64,000 nucleotides of DNA from assembly GCA_040285855.1 (NCBI GenBank), contig JAUFOQ010000013.1, positions 1,612,001 to 1,676,000 of the forward strand. Reading direction: 5' to 3'. Shown one piece after another: positions 24,929 through 38,361 of this stretch. Position 1 is the first letter of the stretch, and each line of letters begins with the position of its first letter. This stretch comes from Eukaryota sp. GEM-RC1 (lineage: Eukaryota). Position numbers and translations under genes: made by a program. The notes beneath the pieces are model-generated. The model made no database searches and was not told where the DNA came from. It saw only the letters and a list, made by a program, of their open reading frames with translations.

Positions 24929-26740
24929 TTACCAAACGACCCGGGCTTTTGCGATTCCTTTAAGGGTCTGCTTTGTTTCAAAGTCAATAGAAGTACCAAA
25001 AAGATTAATTTCAGTAATATTTGAATTGAATTTTAATACTTCACCCAATGCAATAGCTCCTTCATCACCAATAGCATTTTCTTCTAAATCAATCTGAGTA
25101 ACTGTAGTATTAACTTTCAAAGCTTCGGCTAATGCTACAACACCTACAGTACCAATAGAATTTCTCCCCAGATCAACACTAAAAATAGTAGAATTAACCT
25201 TCAGAACTTCAGCAAACGCTACAGCACCTTCATCACCAATAGAGTTATACCATATGTTAATCGAAGTAATTGTTGAATTATCTTTTAGAGCTTCAGCCAA
25301 TGCTAAGGCACCTTCAACTCCAATATAATTTCGTGACAAATCAACACTACTTAAAGTAGAATTAATTCTCAACATATCAGAGAAAGCTAAGGCGCCTTCA
25401 ATGCCAATAGAATTTCTTGACAAATCAATATTGATAATACTAGAATTGACTTTTAGTTCTTCAGCCAATGCTACACCCCCTTGGAAGGCAATATAATTTC
25501 TGGACAGATCAATACTAAAAATAGTATAATTAACCTTTAAAACTTCAGCCAATGCTATAGCACCCTGATCCCCAATAGAGTTATACCCTAGTTTGATCAC
25601 TTTAATTGAAGTATTAATTTGCAAAAGATCAGCCAAAACAGTAGCACCTTCGTAGCCAATGGAGTTACTCCAAAGATTCAGTTCTGTAATTGTTGAATTA
25701 ACTTTCAACCCTTCAGACAAAGAAATTACACCTCTATTACTGATAAAGTTGTTCCCCAGATTAATTTCAGTTATTGAAGCATTGACTTTCAACATTCTAG
25801 CTATTTCCATAACACCTTCATCACCAATAGAGTTATAACCTAGGTCAATGGATTTAATCGACGTATTTACTTGCAAAGCATGAGCTAAATGCATAGCACT
25901 TATATGATCTAAAGCGTTATTGCATAGGTTAAGTTCAGTAATTGTAGAGTTTACTTTCAAAGCCTCTCCCAAAGCAATAACACCTGGATAATCTATAGTA
26001 TTATTCCAAAGATTAAGGTTAGTAATTATTGAATTGGTCTTTAATAATTCAGCAAACTGCAAAAAGATAGATGCGTCTACAGAAACATCAAGGCGTTTAA
26101 GACATGGAAAGAACAATGGAGAAGACTTGCTAAGAAAAGTCAAGTCACTGAGATTCTTCAATTCCACTTTCAACCCAGAAATTACATTGGAAAAACTATG
26201 CAATTCATCCACTTCAAAGGAATCATCCACGAATAGAAAAAGAGAAGGTCTTTTTAAGAAAACAGCAGGTACCTTTGGTCCAAAGAGAGAAGTAATGGAA
26301 GAAAGTAGGGGAAGGTGTTTGGGTTTAACGTGGAAGGTTTTGGTTTCTAGAAACAACTTGATGGTGGGAAAAGAACATTCAAAGAATCGTTGACTGACAT
26401 AACCAACTTTGTGAATAAACAAGGGTAGTTCAAGTTTGAAACAACACAACAGATTAGAACGATCATAGTAATCGACGTCATGACAAGACTTACATAGACG
26501 ACTAAGCAAATGAAGATTGATCAATTCCAGTAGAGATTGTTGAAGGTAGATAGCAATGGATCCTGTGGAGGAAGCACTATGACCTGTGTAGTCGGGGAGA
26601 GGAAACATATAGGAAGGAACTTTGTTGAAAGAATCAGAACAACTGAATCTTGACGAAAATACACTGAGGCCTTTGATAGCAACCAGAACAAATAATGATG
26701 TGACAAAGAGTAGTGGATAGACTAATGCAACAAGATTCAT
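24929..26740 (-). CDS. RI-type (NLRC3-like) LRR protein with shared F-box-like N-terminal domain
   Basis: 28-aa repeats xLKVNSTITxxxLxxNSIGxEGAxAL. The ORF-track start lies inside the hAT TIR; the likely ATG is 26740 (MNLVALV). Confidence 0.85.
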   Translation of the reverse strand: MNLVALVYPLLFVTSLFVLVAIKGLSVFSSRFSCSDSFNKVPSYMFPLPDYTGHSASSTGSIAIYLQQSLLELINLHLLSRLCKSCHDVDYYDRSNLLCCFKLELPLFIHKVGYVSQRFFECSFPTIKLFLETKTFHVKPKHLPLLSSITSLFGPKVPAVFLKRPSLFLFVDDSFEVDELHSFSNVISGLKVELKNLSDLTFLSKSSPLFFPCLKRLDVSVDASIFLQFAELLKTNSIITNLNLWNNTIDYPGVIALGEALKVNSTITELNLCNNALDHISAMHLAHALQVNTSIKSIDLGYNSIGDEGVMEIARMLKVNASITEINLGNNFISNRGVISLSEGLKVNSTITELNLWSNSIGYEGATVLADLLQINTSIKVIKLGYNSIGDQGAIALAEVLKVNYTIFSIDLSRNYIAFQGGVALAEELKVNSSIINIDLSRNSIGIEGALAFSDMLRINSTLSSVDLSRNYIGVEGALALAEALKDNSTITSINIWYNSIGDEGAVAFAEVLKVNSTIFSVDLGRNSIGTVGVVALAEALKVNTTVTQIDLEENAIGDEGAIALGEVLKFNSNITEINLFGTSIDFETKQTLKGIAKARVVW

Positions 26741-26815
26741 GATGGATATCAATGTAGAGCTATTAATTTTGTCTTTCGTTGGCTTAAGGGCAACAAAAAA
26801 GATTACTATAGTAGG

Positions 26816-28004
26816 TAGAGTTGGGCAAAACTTGACTTGAGTCTCCAAGTTTCGACTTGACTCCTACTTGACTTGAGTCGAAGTTCAAGTTGACTCGAGT
26901 CCAAGTCCAAGTCGACTTGGATTTTTGGATCCCAAGTCAAGTCCAAGCAGGGGTTTGAAATATGGCATGGACCCATATCGATATTTCCCCATAATGGCCA
27001 TACCATAAGTATGGAACGTCAAAATCAATTATGGCTATTCGTCCCATATCATGGCCATATATGGGGGTCCATATTTTTTAGATTTCAATTAACCAACTTA
27101 TGTGGAAACAGCAGTAATAAATACATTTAAACAGTGGATTTTAGCGTTCTGTGTTCGGTAAAACTTATAAAATATATTCCTTGACAAAAACTGTTGATCA
27201 AGTTTACTAGGTTGAGTGGAAATAGTGGTATGATTGTTGTCAATTAATTATCTTAACACACTATCCAACCTCCTCCAACACAGAAGGCTCGAATACCGAG
27301 TCTTGACCAAGTTTCTGATCGTCGTCAAGTTTAGGCCTCAGTAGAAGTAAGTGAAGAGGTAGAAGCCAGTGATTCAGTTGCTCAAGAATATAGCAAATCC
27401 GAAGAACAACCTACATAGTTTTTCGAAAGTTACACTATTTGTTGCCAAAAGTATTTGCCATCAGTTTTTGCAACAACTAGTATCACTTACACTAATTACT
27501 GTAAGTTGTGTAGAAGGAAATGAGAAGTAACTGTTTCCCATTTCAACAAGTGACAGTATACCCAACCCAGTCGAACGGCTCTTCAGTCGTGCGCGACAGC
27601 TAATGGTTTTGTTATGGTTTTCTGTAACTAATGCCAATCTTGAAAGGCAGCTATTTTAAATGATGCACAAAGACCAGTGGGATCAGGAAACTGTTTCGCC
27701 GTTTTGAGAGACGACAATGATGAAGAAGAGGTTATTATAGATTGGAGGTTCAGATATGTTATATAAGGTGTGATACCTTGTTATTTTGTATTGAAAATAA
27801 ACTGTATTATTACTGTTGTAGTTATGGGGTCCATAATGGCCATAAGTATGGCAAGCGTAATTGATTATGGCCATTATGGTGGCAATTGATTTGGACACAA
27901 TCCATAATATGGCCCATGCCATATTTCAAACCCCTGAGTCCAAGTCCAAGTTCAAAAAAAATTCAAGTCCAAGTCTAGGCCAAGTCAAGTTTTGCCCAAC
28001 TCTA
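26816..28004. mobile_element. Non-autonomous hAT element (outer), carrying a nested element
   Basis: Perfect 24-bp TIR TAGAGTTGGGCAAAACTTGACTTG. TSD ATAGTAGG at 26808-26815 and 28005-28012. ACTTG/CAAGT subterminal repeats. Confidence 0.92.
26948..27936 (+). mobile_element. Nested internally deleted hAT element with transposase C-terminal remnant
   Basis: TIR CAGGGGTTTGAAATATGGCATGG. TSD AGTCCAAG at 26940-26947 and 27937-27944. 27567-27700 reads PVERLFSRARQLM...NLERQLF*MMHKDQW, like the hAT dimerisation domain. Confidence 0.92.
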
Positions 28005-28163
28005 ATAGTAGGTCTGGAAACTCTATCGATTACGAAAAAAAATGCCAGATTATTATCTGTTTGGTGACATTAATCAGAGTCTGGAACTGTCAGAAAAGCA
28101 CGTGTGGATTGTGTGATGTAATCAGCTCTGACTATGAAAAGGAAAAGGTAATGTATATTGCTT

Positions 28164-28201
28164 AAAAAAACGGGGTTTATGATCAATCAGTGAAATAAAT
28201 G
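28164..28201 (-). mobile_element. 38-bp 3' tip of RLE family A
   Basis: Reverse complement is CATTTATTTCACTGATTGATCATAAACCCCG-T7, identical to the end of 5514-5797. Confidence 0.75.
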
Positions 28202-28478
28202 GTTCCAGACTAGTAGTGTTAGGATTGCAAACAAACGCTTTATGTATGCAAAATCACATGATTAGAAAAATAGGGTGTAGTTTTCGTCATTGATGATTTA
28301 GTACCATTGACTTTCCTTGAACTTTACTGTTTCAATCAAAAATGATCAAAATATTGAAGATTAATTTTCAACAGCTAGAACAACTCAAGAACTTCTGGTC
28401 CGCATCACAAACTTAAATGTCACATAGAACAATTCCATAAACAAAACCACAACATTCACTTATATTTTTACAGAATGC

Positions 28479-29737
28479 TTACTCAATGAGTCTAATAACT
28501 AAACCAGAAGCAAGCTTTGGAGTGAACCAAGTACTCTTAGGAGGCATAAGCATTCCAGCATCGGCTACAGCCATTAGCTCATCAACTGAAACGGGATGAA
28601 GAGCAAAAGCTAAAACGCAGTCATCATCACATCGTTTCTTCAACTCACCTAGACCTCTAATTCCACCAACAAAGTCAATCCTGTCAGATGTTCGAAGATC
28701 ATCAATTCCAAAGATTGGTCCTAGGATGTGTTCACTCAGGATTTGAGCATCCAAGTGAGCAACTGGATCATTGGCAGGCAAATTCTCTAAAACTTCTTCC
28801 TTGAATTCCATCTTCATCCAGATACCATTCCAATGTACAGAGAATTCATGTAGTTTAGAGGGTCTGATTGGTTCCTCAGATTCTCCAGTGACATGAACTA
28901 AAGGCATCATCTTCATGAAGAACTCACCGTCGTCCAAACCATTCATGTCCTTGAGAACACGGTTGTAATCCACGATTTTGAGTTGGTTTGAAGGGAAAAC
29001 AACAGACAAGAAGAAGTTGAATGGTTCTTCACCAGTAACAGTCTCTCCAGCAGCAACGGCGGCTTCATACCGTTCCTTTCCAACACGATAAGCGGATTTG
29101 GCACGATGATGTCCGTCAGCAACGTAAAAGGCGTCGACTTCGTTGAATAAATCTTGTAGGCGAGTAACAATTTCTTCATCATTGATCACCCAGACTTTGT
29201 GATGGGAGTTATCAGGTCCTGGACAATCAGCAACGGGTTCCTTCTGGATGGTATCAGCAATGATCTCATCAATTTCAGATTTAGGGTTGTAGGTGAGAAA
29301 AACAGGCCCAACGTTGGCGTTTTGGACATTGACCATGCGGGTACGATCATCTTCCTTAGCTTGGCGAGTATTTTCATGAATCTTGATCTTGCCTGATTCA
29401 TATTCGTGGACGGAAGTGAGGACACAAAGACCATACTGGATTTGTTCCCCCTCTTGTTGTGAATATACATAGAATGAAGGAGAATCATCCTTGACTAGGT
29501 AGCCTTCAGCAATAAACTTTTCAAGATTGGAACGGCCTTTTGATAGACCTCATCATCGTAAATATTGACATCGGCATCTAAGTCGATTTCGGGTTTGTTC
29601 ACGTGAAGAATGGATTTAGGATTTCCCTCTGCAAGAACTCGAGCTTCTTTAGAGTTGAGAACATCATAGGGAGGTCCACAAACATCGGCTGCGAGATCCG
29701 TGGGAGGACGATATGCACAGAAGGGCTTGACAATCAT
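28479..29737 (-). CDS. DUF1015 family protein (one frameshift near 29535)
   Basis: Family motifs MIVKPF..YRP...PPYDV, YVADGHHR, RIDFVGGIRG and MPPKSTWFxPK. Confidence 0.88.
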
Positions 29738-30038
29738 GGAAGTAGAATAATGGCATTTTGGAAGTGAGAGACATCTACAATGAATGTACTGACATTGAAT
29801 GGATGTTCATAAAGAGCTTTTAGAAGACAGTCGCTTTCCGTCACGTCACGAGTCGCCTTTACAACATAGAAATGTTTGGGTTTCGTTACTTCCAAAAATT
29901 GTGTTTCAGAATACGATAAATCAATAAAGCCTTTGTTATAGAACGTAACAATAGGAAACAATATATGGAAATTATACCAGTAACCTGGTTGGTCAAATTA
30001 GTTAAAAGTAGCAATTTTTATAAATATTTACAATTATC

Positions 30039-33000
30039 TTAAGACAACTTGATTCGATCATGTGTCATTCTAGTAATGTGCTCATAGTGTTCAATGTCAA
30101 TAGAGTTGTTTCGTAAAACAATTTCAATAATTGTAGAATTTCCCTCTAAAAAAGAAGTGAATGCTATTGCTCCAACAAATCCAATAGAATTGTTTTGTAA
30201 GTCAATTATTGATAGTTTTGAACAAGGATTTGATTGAAGTGCACTGATTAATCCAGAAACGTGTTCATCAGACAATCCACAATAGCTCAAATCAATTGAA
30301 ATCAACGAACTATTGATTCCAAGAAAATCATACAAAATATCCATCACGTCATCAGTCAAAATAGATCCTCTGAGACTAAAATCTTTGATGGCAAAACTGT
30401 TTAACAAAGTTGTCAGAGATAACATTTGTTGTGGATTAATGTCATTTGAATTACCAACCGGTGCATAACAAAACTTCAAATTTTCAAAATCAACTAAATG
30501 AGGAGAAACGTCAACAACCATAAGACTCTTACTAAAAGAAAGAATTTCAAATAAGTCCATAAGTGCACTTAAACTACATGATGGATCAGTCAATCCTAGA
30601 CAATCAACACGTTTAATGGGTATATTTGACTTTAGAGCTTTTAATAGTAAACTCAAATCCCTGTTGTCAATTCTATTTACAAAACGAATTAAACCAATTG
30701 AAAAATCAAAAAATGAGGAAACACCTCAACATTAGGTGTTAGTTTGCCCATGGAAACAAGTTCGAAAATATTCAACATGCATTTAAATCTGCTATAGCAC
30801 GTGTTTAAACTTACCTTTTCTAAGCAAGTATTGAACTGAAGTTGATAAATTAGTCTCTCCAAGTCTTCGTCTGATAGGTGGCAATAATTGAAGTCAATGG
30901 AAGTCAATGACTTATTGACCTTTACTAAATCACACAGAGCAGTAACTGCCCCATCAGAAAAGCAACAACTATTAAGAGTAAGTTCTCTCATGGAATAACA
31001 TTCTAAGACCGACTGTAAAGAAGTGATTGTTGACGCAGTGATTGGTTCTTGATTTTCCGACGAAAATCGAAATACATCACTGGTAATGAGGGTATCATCA
31101 TTGGAAAGTTTTACCCTCACTACTGATTGGTCAATATCTCGAATTTTAAAATAAGTCATAAGTCCTTCTAGACTAACACTTCTCCAACCAGAACAATCAA
31201 CAATCTTAATAGGAACACGTGATCTGATTGCAGTTAATAGAGAAAAAAAGATCACTGTTTTCTAATTCTGTGTTGTAACATATATAACCACGAGAAGAAT
31301 CTATAACATGGGGAGACACATCAACTCGTGGTAGTAATTGGTTAGTAGAAAACAGTTCAAAGATAGTCAAAAGACTGTTCAGAGTATAACCATTAAAACT
31401 GAGATTAACATGTTTTAAATTAGAATTGGAACGAATTGCAACAATAATTTGTAGAACTTCGGTTTCGGAAAGGCTACAATCACTGAGGTCAAGAAAAGTC
31501 AACGACTTATTATCTTTGATTAACTCACACAAAACGGAAACAGCACTGTTGGAAAAATGACATCTGCAAAGGATGAACTCTTTGATCCTGTAACTATTCA
31601 CAAAAGACTGTACAAAGAAAGCCAATTGCTCTGAAATTTGAAATTTTTCGTCAAATTTGTTTGGAACAAAACTACAAACGCCGTTGTCAATATCAATAAC
31701 GTGTGGAGAAACGTCTAGTTCTATTATTGACTTGTTGATTGAAAGAATCTGGTACAAAATCATGAGACCTTCTGGACAAAGAGCTCGTAATCCAAAGCAT
31801 TCGACAAATTTAATAGGACTATTTGAATTTAGAACATTTAAGAGTAAAACTAAATCTGATTTGTCGATTTCATTTTCATGACGAATAGAATTCAGAGAGA
31901 AATCAATAACATGAGGATCAACTCGAATATTTGCTGTTAATTTTTTACTGGTAACCAATTCGAATATGGTCAAAAGACCACTCAGAGTATGTCCATTACT
32001 ACTTAGATCAACTGAAGTCAAACCAGGGGCCAAGTGAAGAACATAAAGGATTTTACGAATATTGAAAGAAGCAAGTCCGCAATCACTGAGGTTGACAAAA
32101 GTCAACGAGTTATTGACCTTGATTAAATCACACAAAACAGAGACTGTGTTGCAGACTGAAATTCCATCAGTAAGAACGCAATTGGTAAGAGTTAGCTCTT
32201 TGACTTTGAAATATTTAAATAATAATTGAAGATCTGAAACGTCATCAGCAATAATTGTGACTGACCTTTTGGGTGCATAATAAAAGATACCTCGTTTTGT
32301 ATCAATTATGTGAGGATCAAAATCAAAGGAACATTGAAATTTGTTATGAAACATACGTTTAACTACCAAGATTAAAGACCTTAAGCTCAATGAAATAAAC
32401 GTCATTTTCTGCAGTGCGATGTTGTTTTCCAGTCCATCGAGTAATTTACCAAACTGAATAGAATTAAAGAGGGTGCCATCAATAGATAAAACAAGTAGAT
32501 TTGTGTTTTGTTTGATCATTTTCACTAGTGATTCGACGTCTTCGTCACTTAGAACAGTCGGGTAGCAACCCATGGAACTCTTAACAACAAGCTCTAGTAA
32601 CGAAGTGTTTGACTCAAGAGAATTGAATATTGGTGAAAATGAAAGAGAAGAAAAGAATAGTTCAAGTTTTTTTAAAGACTTATTAAATAATAGAACTTCT
32701 GCGAGTTTGTTCGAATTTAAAACACTTGTTTTAAAAGAGAGTTCTTTAAGAGCTGTATTATTCCTAAGAGCTGTAAACACTTCAGTCCGAATAGAACCTC
32801 TGAATGCCAGACTAAGACTTTTGAGACTTGAATTTTTAAATAGAGGAATTATGAAAGTAGAATTTTGAATTTCAAATTCAGATAAATCAACTTTTGAATA
32901 ACTGAATTATTTGCGAGTGCAGTGAATAGAACGTCAGATGCATCGTCGCTTAGAGCGCAATTATTAGAAATCAGAGAAATTTTAATTTTTTCAAACTTCT

Positions 33001-33840
33001 AATACACTCAAGAACTTCAGCAAGAGACACAACTTTTGAAGTAAAATCAAAATTGTTGGTGCGGATACAAACATTTAGCTCCTCAATAGTGGCACTTGAA
33101 ACTAGTGACTGGGAGATAGAACCAGCTGAGTCAAAGAGACAGGAAACAGTGTCCAAGCGTTTAAGATGTGGTAAGTGCATAGGCGAATGATTGAAGAAGT
33201 CAAGAACTGAATCATGGAAAACAATATTGATTTTGAGACGGGAAATTATTGAAGTAAACCGCATGATATCTTGAGTTTTAAAGGCCCCATGTACATGAAG
33301 AAACACTGATTGAAGCTCTGCTCCAAAGAAAGAAGAAAGAGAAGAGAGAAGAGAGAGGTCTGAAGAATGGACATGAAACGTGTTTGTTTGAAAAAACACC
33401 GCAAGTGCTTGAAAAGTACACTCATAAAAGCGTTGACTCACATATCCAATTGTATTGAAGAAACTTCTGAGTTGGTTTTGCAGACTACAAAGAGTGTGGG
33501 CAGATCCATCTGAATCGACTTCAAGGCAAGACTTCAAGTGAAGATTGGCCAAGTGGCAATTGATCATGACCAAGATAGACTGTTGTAAATAAATGCACCT
33601 GCGAGTGTTGATGACAACAAGAGGAAGTTTTTGAAGAGGAAGAGACGAGGTGACAGAGTCAGATGCAGATTTCTGGGTGCAATTGACATCACAAGAACAT
33701 TTACATGAAGGTAAGCAGACAGAATGATCACAGGGGATGGAATATCGAGAAGTCATGACCATATCGATCGTGTCTAGGTCAAAAGATGTGATTCGTTTGT
33801 CTTCTTGAACAATTGAGTAACTTCCAATGTTCACCATCAC
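30039..33840 (-). CDS. Large LRR protein with shared N-terminal domain and SPH-insert repeats (frameshifted)
   Basis: ORFs 32971-33840, 31206-32780, 30689-31255 and 30039-30656 are collinear. YLQQSIL...IGYVSQRFY domain followed by LRRs with recurring (S/D)PHxID motifs. Confidence 0.75.
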
Positions 33841-34569
33841 AGTTTGCCCATGTTAGTTATTTTTGAATACTCAACCTGATCGTTCCAATAGCAGTAAATT
33901 CATTAGTACTCATTTAGTTCCAAAATTGAACAGTTTCAGGATCACAGATTAGAGAACATCAGAGAGTTCCACATGGGAGCGAACCGAACTGAATCTCGAC
34001 AGTCCTAATCACAATCACAAACAATCACTTTTAAACAGTTGTTAATCACGATGACAATCATTTTTGTTACAAGTTCCTAATCCTGGTTACACTACTCAGA
34101 GTACACCAAGTAAATTAATTATCAAATTGTTCTTCGTTCAGAAATTGCTGGACTTTTGCAGCTGAATCTACTGTATTTCGCTGATTTTTTCAATGTTTCT
34201 CAAATCCAAATCCTCTGTTGATAAGTGTGCCTTACAAGTAATATCATACCCATCTTCAGGTGACTGAGATCCAACGTAACTCTCTGCCAAGAAATTACGA
34301 AAAGGAGTCATGTCTTGAAAAATGTCTAACAAAGTCAGTTGTGACACAGAATACATATTAGGATGTATTTTCATAAAAGCTCCAAAAACACCAATGTTCC
34401 AAATGTCTTACAATTCCAATTTTCGAATGAAAATAACTAAATTGTGTTTCATGCCAAATACTAGTAGATTATTTAATTTATTTGTTTTCAAAACAATGTT
34501 TTGAAAATCATTATTCTGATTGGAACTGCGGTTTGATATACACCACAGAATGTTTAAAGTGATTGATAG

Positions 34570-35326
34570 GTCCAGTCAATGTTTAGAAATCCAACAGTAC
34601 GTTTTATTTTGAAACTTCAATTTTTTGCCAAATGATCTTCAATGTAGTTGTGGAAAACAGTTAGCGTTTTCTCATCTGTTAAGTTGTAATCGCTACATAA
34701 CTTATCGAACGTGTATGCATGATGCTGTAAGAGATCAAATACATGCTATGTGTAAGTCTTACAAAATTGAGTCATTTGTTGAACCACTTTTAAGATCTTT
34801 AGAACCAAGTAATAATTGTAATGTCGAAAAACAGAACCAATTTTTTGGTAAACGGAGAGCAGATGTTGTTGTCCCTTCTTCTTCAGACAAATTGTTTGTT
34901 GTTGATGTAGTGTCGGTGGATGTTTGTAAAAAGACATCTTTAAAGAACGCTTCGTTTGAAACTTCTCCTTTAGACATTTCTGAACAGGCCAAACAGGATA
35001 AGTACAAGAAACCATTGCTGGCTTTAAAACATGTTAAACATGTTGATTACGAATTATGCCCTTTGCTGTTTCCAATTTACGGACGTTTAGGAAAAAGTGC
35101 ATTGAATATTTTAAACGATTTCGGCAAAATCGTAAAAAATAGGATGAACAAACGTTTTGATCATATGTTATGTTTGAATCGGATCGTTTTTACAGTTTTT
35201 AAAACAGTTCCCCTAATCATCTCCAAAGCTTTATTAGCAGTGAGTTCCTTTAATTAGTGCAAAGCTGTTGTAAGGTTTGATAGCGATGGGTGTTGTTTTA
35301 ATGATATCAAATTTTAGTTGTTTGAT
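34570..35326 (+). mobile_element. RLE (CRE-like) non-LTR retrotransposon remnant, family C: CCHC knuckle plus restriction-like endonuclease
   Basis: CSCG...HLLSC...MHDAVRD...EPLL...RRADVVV...VVDVVSVD...AKQDKY...IYGRLG. No RT domain is present. 5' boundary approximate. Confidence 0.85.
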
Positions 35327-35842
35327 CCAGTGTTGCACACACGTGTTCATACGCAAAAACGCGTTTTTTCTGCTGGTCCAGCGTTTTTTCATAAATATAT
35401 ATACTTTTACATGAAATTAAAAGACCTTCTTCGTAATACGAAGTTCGTATCGAAATTTCGCAAACTCATTGTCTTAACAAAATTGTGAAAAATTAGGTTA
35501 TTTATAAACTTCAAAATTAGGAAATCCAGATTGAACAAGAGCCAACAAGGAGTTGTTTGTCACTTAGAGTGTTAGTTACAGTATTAGTTTTAACAATGTA
35601 GATAAAACTACATAATTAACTTTGATGAAGCTCCACTTAAATGCCAGAGAATAACTCACCTTCAAAAATTAAATAAATCAAAAAATCATAATTCAACCAG
35701 ACAACAACAAATATTATACATTTATAAACAAAAATAGTTTCAAAAACATAGAAGGATAAAGAGCAGAAATAACGAGCTATCAAATCAAATTGATTGAATC
35801 GAATTGATTGATCTTCAGTTAGGATAGTTAAACCTAATTTGA

Positions 35843-38361
35843 TTAGAAGAGGAATTCTTGATAAGTTGTTTTGTCTTTTTTATGGATAGAATTATTACCA
35901 ATGTAAACATCACAGAGAGAGTTCTCTGACACAGCTTTAACAAAGGCTTTGGCACCTTCGTTACCAACAGAATTAGAAGTGAGATCAATCTTGGTAATAA
36001 CAGAATTAACCTTTAATACTTCAGACAATGCTCTAGCTCCTTCAGCTCCAATAGAGTTACTTGTCAAATTTAGACTAGATATTGTTTCATTGACCTTTAA
36101 AACTTCCGACAAAGCTAAAACACCTTGATTACCAATAGAATTATTACTAAAATTTAAATATGCTAGTTTCGAACACTGTAGAACTTGACAAAGAGACAAT
36201 AGATTGTTATTAGAAAGACCACAATGAGTCAAACTAATAGAGCTCAATGATTGATTGGCCCTGATTAAATCACACAAAACAGTGATTGATTCACTAAAAC
36301 GACATCCTTTAAGAGTCAGCTTTTTAATACTATTAGACTCAAAAAAAAGGTCGTAGTGATGACAATTCTTCAATTGAAAGGTCGGTAACAGAATTTGGGC
36401 AAAAACTGAGCACACCTTCTTCAATGTCTATGAAATGTGGAGATAAATCAACATCTAACAGAGATTTGTTAATGGAAAAAAGTTCAGATAGAGCAATCAT
36501 TGTTCGGAAAGTGATATTTGAATTGGTCAATCCACGGCAAAAAACCCGTTTGATTGGAACATTTGAATTTGACACTTTCAAAAGAGAAAGTAAATGATTC
36601 ATTTCGATCTCATTTTCATACTGAATAGAACCTGTGGAAACGTCAACAAAATGAGGCGTGACGATAACACTACAATTCAACTTTTGGTCTGACAACAGTT
36701 TATAAATGGACAGAAGATTGTCAAACGCAATACAATTATTACTTAGATTAACTTTTTGTAAAACAGAATTAAACTGTAGAGCATTAATAAGTTTTGAACA
36801 AGAAAGTTCACAGCTACTAAAGTCAACAAAAGTCAAAGAACTATTGGTCCTTATTAAATCACACAAAATTGACATTCCTTTTTTGGAAAAACGACATTGA
36901 TTGAGATATAGTTTTTTAGTATTAAATCGTTCCAACAGTGACTTTAACAATGACATTTCCTGAGTTGATATTTCAACAGAATCGGGTGGAGAATAACAAA
37001 AAACACATTGATGTATATCAATATAGTGAGGCGAAAGATCAATAAATGGTTTTGATGAAAGTAGAGATAGTGATTCAAAAACCATCATGAAAGAGATCAG
37101 AGTCAATTTCAACTGTGGCATACACAGTCTTTTTTAGTGTTGAGTTTTGTTCGAGTGCTTGTAGAATTAGTTTTAATTGATCAGAGTTGAATAAAAGTCC
37201 ACCAAGAGTCAATACTAGTAAATTAGTATTAGTCCTGATCAATTCAACTAACGAAGATACTTCATCATCAGTGTGTTCCTTATCATGTTGGATTATCAAC
37301 TCTTGTAGAGAAGAATTGGAGGGAAGAGACTTGAAAAGTGGTGACAATGACAATGAACAGTTTCTTAACTCAAGGTTTTTCAAAAAAGTATTAACAGTTA
37401 TTAGTTCGGCGAGGTCTTCAGCATTGAAATAATTATCAATAAACACAAGTTCTTGTAGATGAAACTTATACTTGAGAATGGAAAAGAAATCAGAATTGAG
37501 AAGCTTTATCCTAGGAAGGATAATGCTTTGAACAGTAGAAACATTTAGAACTGGTTCAATTGCTGATATTTCTTCCCCGAAAATCCCTGACAAATCAACC
37601 ATTTGATTAAACTGAGATGTATTTCCAGGTGTTTTTAGCATTATTGTAGGAATAATAGGTCTCAAGCACTCATCTTTGACTGTCATTTTGCACTCCTTGT
37701 ACTGATACTGAGAGAATGAAAGGTACCTCAAAGAACTTACATGGGATTGGAGGATTTCAGCAAGGCTGGAAATTAAACTTGGCCTATAATGACAATTAGA
37801 GATATTTAACTCTTCAATGACATTGGTACTATTCAAGAAGGATTGGCAGAAAAAGTCGAAGGAAGAAGCAGAAGACATATTAACATCGAGTCGTTTGAGG
37901 TATCCTAGGTTGCGGTAGTAAGTTGGATCAAGGAACTGGAGAGTGAAGTGCTGCCACCCATACACGTGGAGGTACAGTCCATGGATCAAAGGTGTACGAC
38001 CTTTAATGTGGTCATCTTCAATGGAACCACGGGCGATCAGGAAAAAAGGTCGTAAGTCTGATGCGAAGAAGGAAGAGAGGGAAGATAGAAGAGCAATATC
38101 GCTAGAAACTATTGGGAAAGTGTGTGTGTTAAAGAAAACCTGGACTGCAGTGAAAGCAGAGTCAAAGAAGCGGTCACTGATGAAACCAACTTTGGAGAAG
38201 AATATGGAAAGAGTTTCTGTTATTGAATGTAGGTGATGGCGAGGATTATCATGATCTACTTTTAGAGGAAGATTTAAGATATGTTCTAGCAAATGAAAAC
38301 TGATAAAATCAAGCAAGGTCTGTTGAAGCTGCACCGTCTTAGAGACAGAAATCATGGTCAA
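35843..38361 (-). CDS. LRR protein with shared N-terminal domain and SPH-insert repeats (frameshifted)
   Basis: ORFs 37075-38361, 36339-37121 and 35843-36424 overlap end to end. LQQTLL...VGFISDRFF domain followed by LRRs. Confidence 0.75.

Noticed and set aside
26741..26848. N-terminal extension METQVKFCPTL of the LRR ORF
   Set aside because: It starts at a non-ATG codon inside the hAT TIR, and the same peptide appears at the other TIR.
28078..28211. 10-bp inverted repeat AGTCTGGAAC / GTTCCAGACT
   Set aside because: No TSD and too short to separate from chance.
35328..35400. CAGTGTTGCAC start truncating the RLE copy, resembling a hAT end
   Set aside because: No matching opposite TIR or TSD was found nearby.
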